Of a stretch of 64,000 nucleotides of DNA, positions 27,748 to 37,586 are shown piece by piece (position 1 is the first letter of the stretch; each line of letters starts with the position of its first letter). Under the pieces are notes generated by a model. That model was not told the DNA's origin, did not search any database, and saw only the letters and a program-made list of their open reading frames with translations. The stretch is from the NCBI GenBank assembly GCA_001803415.1, contig MHDC01000011.1:4642-68641 (forward strand). The letters run 5' to 3'. This DNA comes from Microgenomates group bacterium RBG_16_45_19. GTDB lineage: Bacteria > Patescibacteriota > Microgenomatia > UBA1400 > RBG-16-45-19. The position numbers and the translations under genes are program-made.

Positions 27748-28995
27748 TTAGGTTAATTTAAAGACTTTTCTGACTAGGTGGAGGCCGTTGATCAGGGCAT
27801 CGATTTCGTCACGGGTATTGTAGAGGTAAAAGCTGGCGCGGACGGTAGCGGGAACATCCAACTTTTCCATCAAGGGTTGGTTGCAATGGTGACCGGAACG
27901 GACGGCGATGCCGCACTCACGGTCCAAGATTTGAGCGACATCATGAGCATGGACGCCAGTGAGATTGAAGGTAAAGATGGCGGCGCGCTTGTTCGGGTCA
28001 CGCAGGCCATAGAGAGTGACGAGCCCCTGCTTTTCCATCTCGACAAAGCGTTGGAGGGCATAAGTAGTTAAGTCTTGTTCGTGGTCACGGATATTTTGAA
28101 GGCCGTGCTGTTGGAGATAATCGCTAGCCACGGACAGGCCAATAGCCCCAGCGACGTTGGGGGTGCCGGCTTCAAAGCGGTCGGGTAAATCAGCCCACTC
28201 GGCAGAATCTGGTTTGACCTGGCTAATCATACCGCCACCGACTAAGAAGGGTTCCATGGTTTCTAAAATGGCCTTTTTAGCCCACAAGACACCAATACCC
28301 ATGGGACCGAGCATTTTATGACCGGAAAAACAGAAGAAGTCGACATGCAAATCTTTAACATGGATGGGTAGATGCGGGGTGGATTGGGCGCCGTCGGCTA
28401 AAAGACAAACATGGGGAGCAGAATGTTTAAGATCGCGGGCTAAATGTTGTATGTCGATAATGGTACCGAGGACATTGGAAACGTGACTGAAAGCGACTAA
28501 CTTAACTCGTTGGCCGACTAAGCTCTTGAGGTAAGAGAAAGCTAGGTCGCCATTGTTGTCGAGTGGTAAGTGCAGGAGCTTAGCGCCGGTTTGACGACAG
28601 AGACGCTGCCAGGGCAAGAGGTTGGAGTGATGCTCGAGTTCGGTAACAATGATTTCATCATCTGGTTTAAGATGAGCCAGACCCCAGGAAAAAGCGACCA
28701 GATTAATAGCCTCGGTGGTATTTCTGACAAAGACAATCTCATTAGGATCGGAGGCACCGATGAAGCGAGCCAAGTTAGCCCGGGCGGCTTGATAGAGTTG
28801 GGTGGCTTCGTCACCTAAAGTGTGGATGCCGCGATGAACATTGGCGTTATGGTTTTGGTAAAAATCCACCAGAGCGTTGATAACCACCTGAGGTTTCTGG
28901 CTGGTAGCGGCGTTGTCCAAGTAGATTAGGGGGTGGCCGTTGATTTGACGCTTGAAGATGGGAAAGTCGGCGCGGATTTTGTCAGTAGCTAACAT
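27748..28995 (-). CDS. sufS: cysteine desulfurase SufS
   Basis: ADFPIF...IYLDNAATSQKP... class V aminotransferase, with the SGHK PLP-lysine region and a C-terminal RSGHHCNQPL catalytic-Cys loop. Confidence 0.9.
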   Translation of the reverse strand: MLATDKIRADFPIFKRQINGHPLIYLDNAATSQKPQVVINALVDFYQNHNANVHRGIHTLGDEATQLYQAARANLARFIGASDPNEIVFVRNTTEAINLVAFSWGLAHLKPDDEIIVTELEHHSNLLPWQRLCRQTGAKLLHLPLDNNGDLAFSYLKSLVGQRVKLVAFSHVSNVLGTIIDIQHLARDLKHSAPHVCLLADGAQSTPHLPIHVKDLHVDFFCFSGHKMLGPMGIGVLWAKKAILETMEPFLVGGGMISQVKPDSAEWADLPDRFEAGTPNVAGAIGLSVASDYLQQHGLQNIRDHEQDLTTYALQRFVEMEKQGLVTLYGLRDPNKRAAIFTFNLTGVHAHDVAQILDRECGIAVRSGHHCNQPLMEKLDVPATVRASFYLYNTRDEIDALINGLHLVRKVFKLT

Positions 28996-29056
28996 CTCCC
29001 CTATTGTACCCCATCATAATTGACACTGATAATGTAACATGTTACTATGATGAGGT

Positions 29057-29308
29057 ATGTTGACTCACCGAACGAACGTGTTATTTGAGCACGACGACTA
29101 TATCCAATTAGTAAACCTGTCGAAGAACCGAGGAGTGACGATGGGTAATTTAATCAGAACGGCGGTAAGGGAAAAATATGGTTTTAAAGATAGCAAAGAT
29201 TACAGAAAACAGTTGGTAAAGAGGATACAAGAAGGCAGAAAGTATTTAAAAAATCCTGAAATACCAATAGATTATAAAGAGTGGATCAATGCCGGGCGAC
29301 GCTTTTAA
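29057..29308 (+). CDS. putative RHH/CopG-like antitoxin
   Basis: 83 aa. Overlaps the downstream PIN gene by 20 nt. Confidence 0.45.
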   Translation: MLTHRTNVLFEHDDYIQLVNLSKNRGVTMGNLIRTAVREKYGFKDSKDYRKQLVKRIQEGRKYLKNPEIPIDYKEWINAGRRF

Positions 29309-29708
29309 GTCATTCATCATTGATGCTTCGTGGGTGTTGTCTTATTTGGTGACTGATGAAATTACGTCAAAATTGGTAGTGTCGAAAACTAATCGAATCC
29401 TCAATAATCCTAATCTGACGATGACCGCGCCAGCGATACTGCCATTTGAAGTGGGAAATGGCCTGCGAATGGGATGGGCGAGGCAAAGATTGTCAATTGA
29501 AGATGTGGGGCGATATTCTCAAGAATATGGGGAACTACCAATTAAGTTAAGTGAAATTGATTTTGGAGAAAGTATGACGCTAGCAATGGAAAATAAGCTG
29601 ACTTTTTATGACGCGGCGTATGTGTGGCTGGCTGTGGAGAAAAAGGCAGAGTTATTAACCTTAGACGAGAAGATGAAACGGGTGTGGCAAAAGTTGAGAG
29701 AAAGTTAG
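29289..29708 (+). CDS. PIN-domain toxin (VapC-like)
   Basis: FIIDASWVLSYL...YDAAYVWLA...LLTLDEKM. Confidence 0.55.
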   Translation: MPGDAFKSFIIDASWVLSYLVTDEITSKLVVSKTNRILNNPNLTMTAPAILPFEVGNGLRMGWARQRLSIEDVGRYSQEYGELPIKLSEIDFGESMTLAMENKLTFYDAAYVWLAVEKKAELLTLDEKMKRVWQKLRES

Positions 29709-30160
29709 GTATCCAAAAATCCTTGAGCGAGGAGGTGGGTGGCGCGAGGGCGGGACAGACCGCGGGACATGAGATAGAAGAGCTGATCGGCATCGATTTG
29801 GCCGATTGCGGCGGCATGAGAGCATTTAACGTCAGCGCTCATAATTTCCAGATTAGGAATGGCATTAGCTCGGGCTTTTTCTGAAAGCAAGAGCACCCGT
29901 TCTTCTAAGAAAGAGTTAGTTTGGGAAGCGCCGGGCTTAACGATAATGGTGCCATTAAAATTAACCACTCCTCGACCGGCGACGACGGCTTTAAGAGAAG
30001 TAGTGGCCGAGGTCCGGGGGGCAGCGTGAATGATGGTTAAGTGGAGATCAAGCTGGTCTTGGCCTTTGAGCCAAAAGCGGCCGATGACGGCGAGTTCACT
30101 CCCCGCCTGGGAGAGAGTGTAAGTGTAGCTGCCGGAGTGGGTTAAGGTTATGGTTTTCAT
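29705..30160 (-). CDS. sufD: short SufD-family protein (C-terminal beta-helix domain only)
   Basis: 151 aa resembling the SufB/SufD C-terminal region (...IDADQLFYLMSRGLSRPRATHLL). Overlaps the sufB stop by 4 nt. Confidence 0.55.
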   Translation of the reverse strand: MKTITLTHSGSYTYTLSQAGSELAVIGRFWLKGQDQLDLHLTIIHAAPRTSATTSLKAVVAGRGVVNFNGTIIVKPGASQTNSFLEERVLLLSEKARANAIPNLEIMSADVKCSHAAAIGQIDADQLFYLMSRGLSRPRATHLLAQGFLDT

Positions 30161-31581
30161 CCGATGGAACCCTCCATTTCCAGATCGATGAGCCGATTCA
30201 TCTCGACGGCATACTCCAGCGGGAGTTTTTTCACCAGAGGGGCGACAAAGCCAGATACGATTAACTTACTGGCAGCTTCTTCAGTTAAACCCCGGGACAT
30301 GAGGTAGAAGAGCTGTTCGGCACCGATTTTACTGACGGTAGCTTCGTGTTCCAGAGAAACCTGGTGATTAAAGATACGGTTGGTGGGATAAGTATCCGAG
30401 CGGGACAACTCATCTAGAAGCAGGGCGTCGCAGACGACCTTGCTCTTGGAATGGTGAGCCTGAGGCCCAATATTAACCAAGCCGCGGTAACTGGTGCGGC
30501 CACCACCTTTAGAGATGGATTTACTAATAATAGTGGAGGTGGTGTAGGGGGCTAAGTGAACCGCCTTGGAACCAGTGTCCTGGTGCTGATCCGGACCGGC
30601 GAGAGCCAGGGATAAGGTTTCACCACGGGCACCTTTTCCGGCAAGGATGTAGCCGGGGTACTTCATGCTCAGTTTGCTGCCCATATTAAAGTCGGTCCAA
30701 ATCATTTCGCCCTCGGTTTCAACCCGAGCCCGTTTGGTAACCAGGTTATAGACGGTTTTATACCAATTTTGGATGGTCGTATATTGAACCCGGGCCCCCG
30801 GCCCGACAAAAATCTCGACTACGGCGGAATGGAGCGAAGCCGACGAAAAAGCCGGAGCCGTACAACCCTCGACGTAATGAACCTGACTCCCCGCTTCGGC
30901 GATGATAAGAGTCCGTTCAAACTGACCGGCTTGGGGGGCGTTGATTCGAAAATAGGCTTGGAGGGGTAGGGTGACGGTCACGCCGGCAGGAACGTAAACA
31001 AACGAACCCCCACTCCAGACAGCGGTATTTAAGGCGGCAAACTTGTTGTCACCGGCGGGAATTAAAGTCCCAAAATACTGCTTAAACAGGTCTGGATACT
31101 TTTTGACGGCTTCATCCGTAGAAATAAAGATAACTCCCTGGTCCGAAAGCATTTTTTTAATAGAACCGTAAATGACTTCGGAGTCATATTGGGCCTTAAC
31201 ACCGGCCAAAACCGCTCGTTCGGCTTGGGGAATACCGAGGCGGTCAAAGGTAATTTTAATCTCGGGGGGGACCTCAGCCCAAGACTTGGTTTCGGCAGCG
31301 GTTGGCTTTAAATAGTAATGAATGGCATCATAGTCAATCTGACTTAAATCACCCCCCCAAGTGGGAATAGGTTTGGCGGTAAAAAGTTTATAGGCAGCCA
31401 GACGCGAGTGGCGCAGCCACGGGGGTTCGGTTTTATAGGCGGAAATGGCTTCAACCACTTTAGAGGAAAGACCGGGTTGAGAAATAAAAGCATAGTTGGT
31501 GGTGGGGCTGGAATAACCATGCTCGTAAGTCTGAGGCTGGAGATCCTGCCGGGTGGTGTGTTTGGGGGCAAAACGGGACAT
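30157..31581 (-). CDS. sufB: Fe-S cluster assembly protein SufB
   Basis: Conserved SufB core (GSQVHYVEGCTAP..., LFYLMSRG, C-terminal EGSIG). Start moved to the ATG at 31581. Confidence 0.9.
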   Translation of the reverse strand: MSRFAPKHTTRQDLQPQTYEHGYSSPTTNYAFISQPGLSSKVVEAISAYKTEPPWLRHSRLAAYKLFTAKPIPTWGGDLSQIDYDAIHYYLKPTAAETKSWAEVPPEIKITFDRLGIPQAERAVLAGVKAQYDSEVIYGSIKKMLSDQGVIFISTDEAVKKYPDLFKQYFGTLIPAGDNKFAALNTAVWSGGSFVYVPAGVTVTLPLQAYFRINAPQAGQFERTLIIAEAGSQVHYVEGCTAPAFSSASLHSAVVEIFVGPGARVQYTTIQNWYKTVYNLVTKRARVETEGEMIWTDFNMGSKLSMKYPGYILAGKGARGETLSLALAGPDQHQDTGSKAVHLAPYTTSTIISKSISKGGGRTSYRGLVNIGPQAHHSKSKVVCDALLLDELSRSDTYPTNRIFNHQVSLEHEATVSKIGAEQLFYLMSRGLTEEAASKLIVSGFVAPLVKKLPLEYAVEMNRLIDLEMEGSIG

Positions 31582-31582
31582 A

Positions 31583-31620
31583 AATAATGAGCAATGAGCA
31601 AGAAACAATGAGTAATAAGC
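31583..31620. repeat. heptamer tandem repeat block (AATGAGC family)
   Basis: AATGAGC AATGAGC AAGAAAC AATGAGT AATAAGC in the sufC-sufB spacer. Confidence 0.7.
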
Positions 31621-32373
31621 TTATAAAAACTGGCGGTAGCCGGATTGGTCGAGGCGAGAGATTAATTTGGGGCCATCGGTAGCGACAATTTGACCTTTAA
31701 CCATGACTGAAACCTGAGTCGGCCGTAGGTGTTGGAGGAGACGGGGGTAATGAGTAATCACCAGTAAACCAACTTGATCTTGCCGGGCAGCCAGCTTGGC
31801 GGCGTGAGCCACCAACTTAAGGGCGTCAATATCCAAACCAGAGTCGGTTTCGTCGAGAATGGCAATTTTGGGTTTAAGCGTGAGAAGAGTCAGCATCTCC
31901 AGGCGCTTTTTTTCGCCGCCGGAAAAACCATCATGAAGAGCGCGGGTCATAAAAGAGGGGTGGATGGCTAAAATTTGGGCGTGGTGCTGGAGTTGCTGCC
32001 GGAATTCGGTGACCGAAAGTTTGGGGCAGTGATCATGAAGGTGACAGCCGGTACAATGAATGGCTTCGTAAGCAGTTTTCAAGGCGTTTTGAACCGAGAC
32101 GCCAGGAATGGCCACCGGGTGCTGAAAAGCTAAAAACAAGCCTAAATGAGCCCGTTCATCGGGAGATTTATCCAAGAGCGAGTCCCCGTTGAGAGTGGTG
32201 GTGCCAGCGGTAACGTGATAGTCGGGGTGGCCCATCAAAGCATAGGCCAGTGAAGATTTACCGGAACCATTAGGCCCCATTAAGGCGTGAATAGCCCCCG
32301 CTTTAAGATTCAGGTCAAGCGGGCCAACCACCGACCGGTCAGCCACGGTGACAGCCAAACGGCGAACTTGAAG
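31621..32373 (-). CDS. sufC: Fe-S cluster assembly ATPase SufC
   Basis: GPNGSGKSSL Walker A and LSGGEKKR signature, ending HYPRLL. The ORF is open far upstream over the Rrf2 gene. The true start is probably a non-ATG codon just after the Rrf2 stop; the coordinate is approximate. Confidence 0.8.
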   Translation of the reverse strand, partial: LQVRRLAVTVADRSVVGPLDLNLKAGAIHALMGPNGSGKSSLAYALMGHPDYHVTAGTTTLNGDSLLDKSPDERAHLGLFLAFQHPVAIPGVSVQNALKTAYEAIHCTGCHLHDHCPKLSVTEFRQQLQHHAQILAIHPSFMTRALHDGFSGGEKKRLEMLTLLTLKPKIAILDETDSGLDIDALKLVAHAAKLAARQDQVGLLVITHYPRLLQHLRPTQVSVMVKGQIVATDGPKLISRLDQSGYRQFL

Positions 32374-32389
32374 GAGAGCCGAAGCAGAG

Positions 32390-32788
32390 CTAGTGGGTGA
32401 GGTCTTTGAGGGTATAGGAGTGTAAAGTGTGATTAATAGACTGGGATAACTTAAGGATGACGCGGGAATGAAGACAAACATCCTGAAAGGGACAACTTTT
32501 GCCGTGAAAGCAAGAGGTGGGGCTGGGCAAAGCGTTAAAGACTTTAAGAATATCGGCAATAGTAATGCGTTGGGCGGGGTACGCCAGCTGATAACCACCA
32601 CCCATTCCCTCTTTACTGTTAACCAAGCGGGCGTGTTTGAGTTCGATGGCAATTTGGCTTAAAAATTTATAGGGCAGACGATATTCCCGGGCAATACGAC
32701 TTAAGGGGGTATAAGCTTTATTGGGAGTAGTGGCTAAATAAGTCATGAATAACAGACCATAATCATCTTTTTTGGTGATGGAAAGCAT
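32390..32788 (-). CDS. Rrf2-family transcriptional regulator (IscR/SufR-like)
   Basis: N-terminal wHTH (DYGLLFMTYLA...) and a Cys pair (C..C...C) in the C-terminal half. Heads the suf operon. Confidence 0.75.
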   Translation of the reverse strand: MLSITKKDDYGLLFMTYLATTPNKAYTPLSRIAREYRLPYKFLSQIAIELKHARLVNSKEGMGGGYQLAYPAQRITIADILKVFNALPSPTSCFHGKSCPFQDVCLHSRVILKLSQSINHTLHSYTLKDLTH

Positions 32789-32845
32789 ATGACTCCTATA
32801 GCTGTAAGGGTAGTTTAGCGTTTCGACGGGCTCAACGCAAGATCC

Positions 32846-33439
32846 CTAAACCAAACTCAGCTGGGTGCCATTCGACCGGGGGCTGAAATTAAAATTAACC
32901 GGGAGTTCAACCGGATTATTCCAGTGATTGAGAAATTTGACATACCCATGGCGACGACCGAAATCATAAAGATCACGAGTAATTTCGACGTCTTTGAGGC
33001 AATAGGCGGCCAAACTGGCCAAGTCACTCTGCTGGTAATACTTGATGGCATCCAGGCCAACGCCGCTTTTATGAACCCCTAAAGTTTGAGAAGCCACAGC
33101 GTCTAAACTAACTCGACGACCGGCTTGATTTTTAATCTCGAGAAATAAATCGAGGATGGGGAGCGTGTCCAGATCAAGCTGACCATAGACACTTAAGGCG
33201 GGGAGGTCAAAGCCCAGCAGATTGTAGCCGACAATCAGATCAGCTTGATTGAGTAGCGGGAAAAAATGTGACAGGTCCGATTCAAAAAATTGATGGCGGG
33301 TTTCGGTGACGGGGCCGGCTTCCGGCAAACCAAGACGTTCAATAGCGCCGAGAAAACTGACCCCTAATTTTTCAGGATAGTATCCGCCGACATCGGTAAA
33401 TATTTGCTTGGTTTCGAGGTCAAAAATGATTTGACGCAT
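32846..33439 (-). CDS. DEDD-family 3'-5' exonuclease-like protein
   Basis: IIFDLETKQ (Exo I D-x-E) and LIVGYNLLGFDLP (Exo II). Confidence 0.5.
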   Translation of the reverse strand: MRQIIFDLETKQIFTDVGGYYPEKLGVSFLGAIERLGLPEAGPVTETRHQFFESDLSHFFPLLNQADLIVGYNLLGFDLPALSVYGQLDLDTLPILDLFLEIKNQAGRRVSLDAVASQTLGVHKSGVGLDAIKYYQQSDLASLAAYCLKDVEITRDLYDFGRRHGYVKFLNHWNNPVELPVNFNFSPRSNGTQLSLV

Positions 33440-33453
33440 GGCTAAACGACAGA

Positions 33454-34368
33454 TTAAGGATGAAAAGCGGTGACCGGTTTGGCATGAGCCACAACCAGAG
33501 CGGCTAGAGCTTTAAGCCGAGTCCGACCGGTGGTCTGTAAAAAGGTTTTGATCGCGGCTAAAGACTCCTGGTCGGAAGGAGACCGGGTGGCCAAGTCGCC
33601 GATTTCCTGCCAAACTGCCCGGCCGACGGCAATACCGGAAGCACCATGAGTACAAGCTACCTGAGTTAAGAGTTTGAAATGAGAATAAGCCATACCCCGG
33701 GATAACAACACCCAGGGAACGGTGGCATGGCGAGAGATTGCCTGGCTGGCTTTAACCCATTCAGGTTGAGACGACTGCGGTAGATTTAGGGGAAATTCCA
33801 GTTTTAAGATATCCACTAAGGGGCAGAATTGGTCAATCATCTTAAGGGTGAGGGAGAGTTTATCTTTTTGACTAAATTGACCGAGGCCATGAAGGATCGG
33901 TTCCAAGAGAAAAATCACTTTAAGGCGACGGCATTGCCGGGAAATCTGCTTAACCAGATCAAATTGGACTGGGGCAGCGGGAGCATGGGGATGATAATAC
34001 AAGAGCAATTTGGCCGCGGCGTGACGAGCTTTGATGTCGGCCACGCCCCAATGCGGCAACAGCTGGGTCGGCTGGTTCTGATCGGTATCGGTATAACTCG
34101 AAGCTTCCAAGGCAAACAGCAAGCCGGTACCGGCAGGCACTTCTTTGTCCAGATCGAGACCATAATCTAAACCATAAATGGGGTCGATGAGCATGGCGGA
34201 AACTAGGCCACTAAATGATTCGATAAAGAGACGTTTGACGGCAACCAGGCAAGCCGCCGGGACCGCTTGAGGATCTTGGGGATTTAAAAAAGCCGCCAAG
34301 GAACTGCGGTGGTCAAAAGCGGCAATGACCAAATGACCTGATGGCGTAGTTAAGGCATGAAGATTCAT
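33454..34368 (-). CDS. LacD-family class I aldolase (tagatose-1,6-bisphosphate-aldolase-like)
   Basis: Blocks conserved with LacD: AAFDHRSSL, LIDPIYGL, KLLLYYHP, LKLEFPLNL and VGRAVW. Confidence 0.6.
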   Translation of the reverse strand: MNLHALTTPSGHLVIAAFDHRSSLAAFLNPQDPQAVPAACLVAVKRLFIESFSGLVSAMLIDPIYGLDYGLDLDKEVPAGTGLLFALEASSYTDTDQNQPTQLLPHWGVADIKARHAAAKLLLYYHPHAPAAPVQFDLVKQISRQCRRLKVIFLLEPILHGLGQFSQKDKLSLTLKMIDQFCPLVDILKLEFPLNLPQSSQPEWVKASQAISRHATVPWVLLSRGMAYSHFKLLTQVACTHGASGIAVGRAVWQEIGDLATRSPSDQESLAAIKTFLQTTGRTRLKALAALVVAHAKPVTAFHP

Positions 34369-35696
34369 CGGCGTTTAATTTTGGCCGGATTAAGTAAAGC
34401 CTGAATCCCCTCTTCGGTGTCGACTAAGACTTCACTGGCCGGTTCACCGGTGAGGACCTCGTTGACGGCGGTTTGATAGAGAGAGATGACTTGTTGGTTA
34501 AGGTCAGATTCGGCGGTAGAGGAATTTAAATACCAGGTTTGGGCGGTGGGTGCCTGCTGGATAAAAGCACCGACATACTGGTCCTCAATGAGTTGGTCGG
34601 CCATATCCAGGCGGGGAAAGGGCATGCCGACAAGTTGGCTGGCACTAGCAGCCGTATAAAGCATTCTTAAGGTGTCGGCTTGACTTAAATATTGGAGCCA
34701 TAACCAGGCAGCTTGACGTCTATCTTTAGAAATCGAGGCGGAGACCCCCTCGACCCAGTAATTGGCCCAGGTTTGATCGCGTTGAGGTAATTGAGGTAAG
34801 GGAGCGACGGCAAAAGGAAGGTCAGGATTGAGTTGTTTAACTTGAGGAACACGCCAAGAAGGAGCCACCATCATGGCGGCTTTACCGGTGGCAAAGGCAT
34901 AAGTCGAGGGTGGTAAGGTATCGTTCCAAACCTGGTCTTCGGTGGCAAAAAGAGTGTAATAAGTTAAGGCCCCCTGACCTTCAGGCGTATTGGGCTGAGC
35001 CAAATCGGCCCCATTCTGAAGAAAGCTGAAGGCTAAAAAGTCAGACCAATGCTCGACATTTTTGGTAGTACCCAGGGCAATGCCGGCGCGTTGAATCTGA
35101 TTATCAACGGTGAGAGTGAGTAATTTGGCGGTGGATCGGAGTTCGTTGGGAGTTTGAGGCGGTTGAATACCGGCGGCGGCCAGAATGGCAGTGTTGTAAT
35201 AAAGACCCAAGCCGTCCACCTCCAAGGGTAGCCCAAGATATCCTCTTTTAGTCTTCAGCCAAGCTTGGTTAGCCGGATAGAAAATGGCTTCATACTCAGC
35301 CGTCGAGTAAACTGAAGCCGGCATGGGAGCCAGCTGTTTTAATAACTGAGGCGCCCAAGTCAGATGATAACGAAACAGATCGGGGCCGCGGTCAGAGGCC
35401 AGGGCAGTTTGCAACCGGGACCAATAATCGGCTTCGGATTGAACAAGGTAATTGATTTTAATATGGGCATTTAGAGCTTCAAAGTCGGCAATTGCCTGAG
35501 TGAAGGTAGAGGTGGGTTGGCGTAAACCCCAATGGACTAAAGTAATGGTTGGAGCGGATTCAGGCGAGAGGCGCTGTCTGATTCGGGGAAGGATAAAGGC
35601 CAAAAATATCAATAACCCAAGCCCAAGACCGAGGCTAAAGAGAACCGGTTTGGTCGGCTTAAAACCGGCGGGTAAACGTAGGGAAAGCTGTTTCAT
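34365..35696 (-). CDS. extracellular solute-binding protein (ABC-type SBP family 1-like), membrane anchored
   Basis: N-terminal TM helix then an SBP-like fold. No adjacent permease or ATPase genes. Confidence 0.55.
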   Translation of the reverse strand: MKQLSLRLPAGFKPTKPVLFSLGLGLGLLIFLAFILPRIRQRLSPESAPTITLVHWGLRQPTSTFTQAIADFEALNAHIKINYLVQSEADYWSRLQTALASDRGPDLFRYHLTWAPQLLKQLAPMPASVYSTAEYEAIFYPANQAWLKTKRGYLGLPLEVDGLGLYYNTAILAAAGIQPPQTPNELRSTAKLLTLTVDNQIQRAGIALGTTKNVEHWSDFLAFSFLQNGADLAQPNTPEGQGALTYYTLFATEDQVWNDTLPPSTYAFATGKAAMMVAPSWRVPQVKQLNPDLPFAVAPLPQLPQRDQTWANYWVEGVSASISKDRRQAAWLWLQYLSQADTLRMLYTAASASQLVGMPFPRLDMADQLIEDQYVGAFIQQAPTAQTWYLNSSTAESDLNQQVISLYQTAVNEVLTGEPASEVLVDTEEGIQALLNPAKIKRR

Positions 35697-35754
35697 AACA
35701 CCCGTTCATCCTACCACTGATCGAGAGAGCAGAGAATGGGGTAGAATGTAAGGC

Positions 35755-37569
35755 ATGGTTAAAGGATTTAAGCTGAAAAAATTGAAACCAAAACAGAAAC
35801 AGCGAATTAAGCTCTTGAGTCTTGGAGCCTTGCTGGTCTTAATAATGGTGCCGCTGGTCGGCTACCTAACTTATCGGGGGTTATACTACCGGAAATTTTT
35901 TCCGGTGCAGGTCGGACCGGTCAAATTAACCCAATTAACCCAGGCTCAAGCGCAAGCCAGGTTGAACCAAGAAGCAGAGAAGTTTTTAGGGCAAAAGCAA
36001 TTGGAATTGCAGTACGAGGATCAGCTCTGGACACTGAGTTTTGAAGCACTGAACTTAAAATATGACTTGGGCGCGACCACGGCTCAAGCTTACGCCATTG
36101 GCCGGAGGGAACCAATAAGGGAACACTTAACCACCCATTGGCGGTTAATGCAGGTACCAGCCAGGATACCGCTGGTATACCGACTGGATGAATCAGCCTG
36201 GAAGGTACTAATAGCAACCATGGCGGCAGTGATCGATCAGCCGGTGATCAAACCAGCGGTCAAGCTGACCAGGACAACTAGAACCAGCCCGGCTGAAATA
36301 GTCATTGAGCCTGGACAAAACGGTAGACAGCTGCAGACGGCAGCCTTAACCGAGATGATAAGCCAACAACTAGGTTGGTTAGAAACCGGACCGATCACAG
36401 TGCCAACGCAGCCGGTGGTAGTGGTGGCGGATGAAGTCAGTTTTATTCAAGCCAAAGCCAAAGCCGAGAAATTATTAGGTAAAAGTTTGATTTTAACCTT
36501 AAAAGCGGATGATCTGGATCAAAGCTGGACGTTAACGGATGAGGAAATGATTAAGTTGATGGAGGTCGGGCGCACTTTTGACGACGAGCTGTTGTCACTT
36601 TATTTAACTCAAAAAGCCCAAGAAATAAACCGACCGGCGCAAGACGCGGTCTTCAGGTTTAATGAGGTCAGTGGCCGCGTCGAAGAGTTTACTCCGGCTA
36701 AGGAAGGCTTGGCCGTTGACCTCACAACGACCAAAACCCAATTAGACCAGGCATTAAAGCAATTGATTAACAACGACAGCGTGGAAGCGGTAGAGCTGGC
36801 AGTGATGAAAACGGCGCCAGCGGTAACTTTGGCCAAAGTCAATACTTTAGGCATCAGCGAGTTAATTGGCCGGGGTACAAGTACCTACCAAGGTTCAATC
36901 CCATCAAGAGTCCATAATGTGGCTTTGGCTGCCGAGCACATTAGCGGAGCGTTGATTAAACCAGGTGAGGTATTTGATTTTAATCAAGTGATTGGTGATG
37001 TCTCGGCCAAAACCGGTTATCAACAAGCCTACATTATTATCAACGGTCGGACCGAATTAGGCGATGGTGGGGGGGTGTGCCAAGTGAGCACTACCACCTT
37101 TAGAGCCGCTTTAGATGCCGGTTTACCAATCGTGGAACGACAAGCGCACGCTTACCGGGTAGGTTACTATGAACAAGATACCAAAGCGGGTATCGATGCC
37201 ACGGTTTATGCCCCGTCACCTAACCTAAAATTCTTAAATGATACCCCGGCGCATATTTTAGTTCAGGCGACGGCCGAGACACCCAAGCGGGCGTTAACAG
37301 TTGATATTTACGGGACCAGCGACGGCCGAGTGACCACGATTACTAATCATGCAGTCTGGGACATCACTCCCCCACCGCCGGATCTGATAGTTGATGATCC
37401 AACTTTGCCGGCCGGGACGATGAAGCAGGTAGACTGGAAAGCTAGTGGGGCTAAAGCCAAATTTGATTACACGGTGGAACGAGGTGGCTCAGTAATCCTA
37501 GAAAAAACCTTTTACTCGGCATATAAACCGTGGGCATCAGTATTTATGAAGGGAACCGGACCGATTTAG
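35755..37569 (+). CDS. VanW-family protein
   Basis: N-terminal TM helix and a C-terminal VanW domain (GGGVCQVSTTTFRAALDAGLPI). Confidence 0.7.
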   Translation: MVKGFKLKKLKPKQKQRIKLLSLGALLVLIMVPLVGYLTYRGLYYRKFFPVQVGPVKLTQLTQAQAQARLNQEAEKFLGQKQLELQYEDQLWTLSFEALNLKYDLGATTAQAYAIGRREPIREHLTTHWRLMQVPARIPLVYRLDESAWKVLIATMAAVIDQPVIKPAVKLTRTTRTSPAEIVIEPGQNGRQLQTAALTEMISQQLGWLETGPITVPTQPVVVVADEVSFIQAKAKAEKLLGKSLILTLKADDLDQSWTLTDEEMIKLMEVGRTFDDELLSLYLTQKAQEINRPAQDAVFRFNEVSGRVEEFTPAKEGLAVDLTTTKTQLDQALKQLINNDSVEAVELAVMKTAPAVTLAKVNTLGISELIGRGTSTYQGSIPSRVHNVALAAEHISGALIKPGEVFDFNQVIGDVSAKTGYQQAYIIINGRTELGDGGGVCQVSTTTFRAALDAGLPIVERQAHAYRVGYYEQDTKAGIDATVYAPSPNLKFLNDTPAHILVQATAETPKRALTVDIYGTSDGRVTTITNHAVWDITPPPPDLIVDDPTLPAGTMKQVDWKASGAKAKFDYTVERGGSVILEKTFYSAYKPWASVFMKGTGPI

Positions 37570-37586
37570 AGTGACCAGACCAAGCC

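Noticed and set aside
31621-32652. 343-aa form of sufC beginning at the ATG at 32652
   Set aside because: It would overlap almost the whole Rrf2 regulator gene in another frame. The conserved SufC N-terminus begins near 32373.
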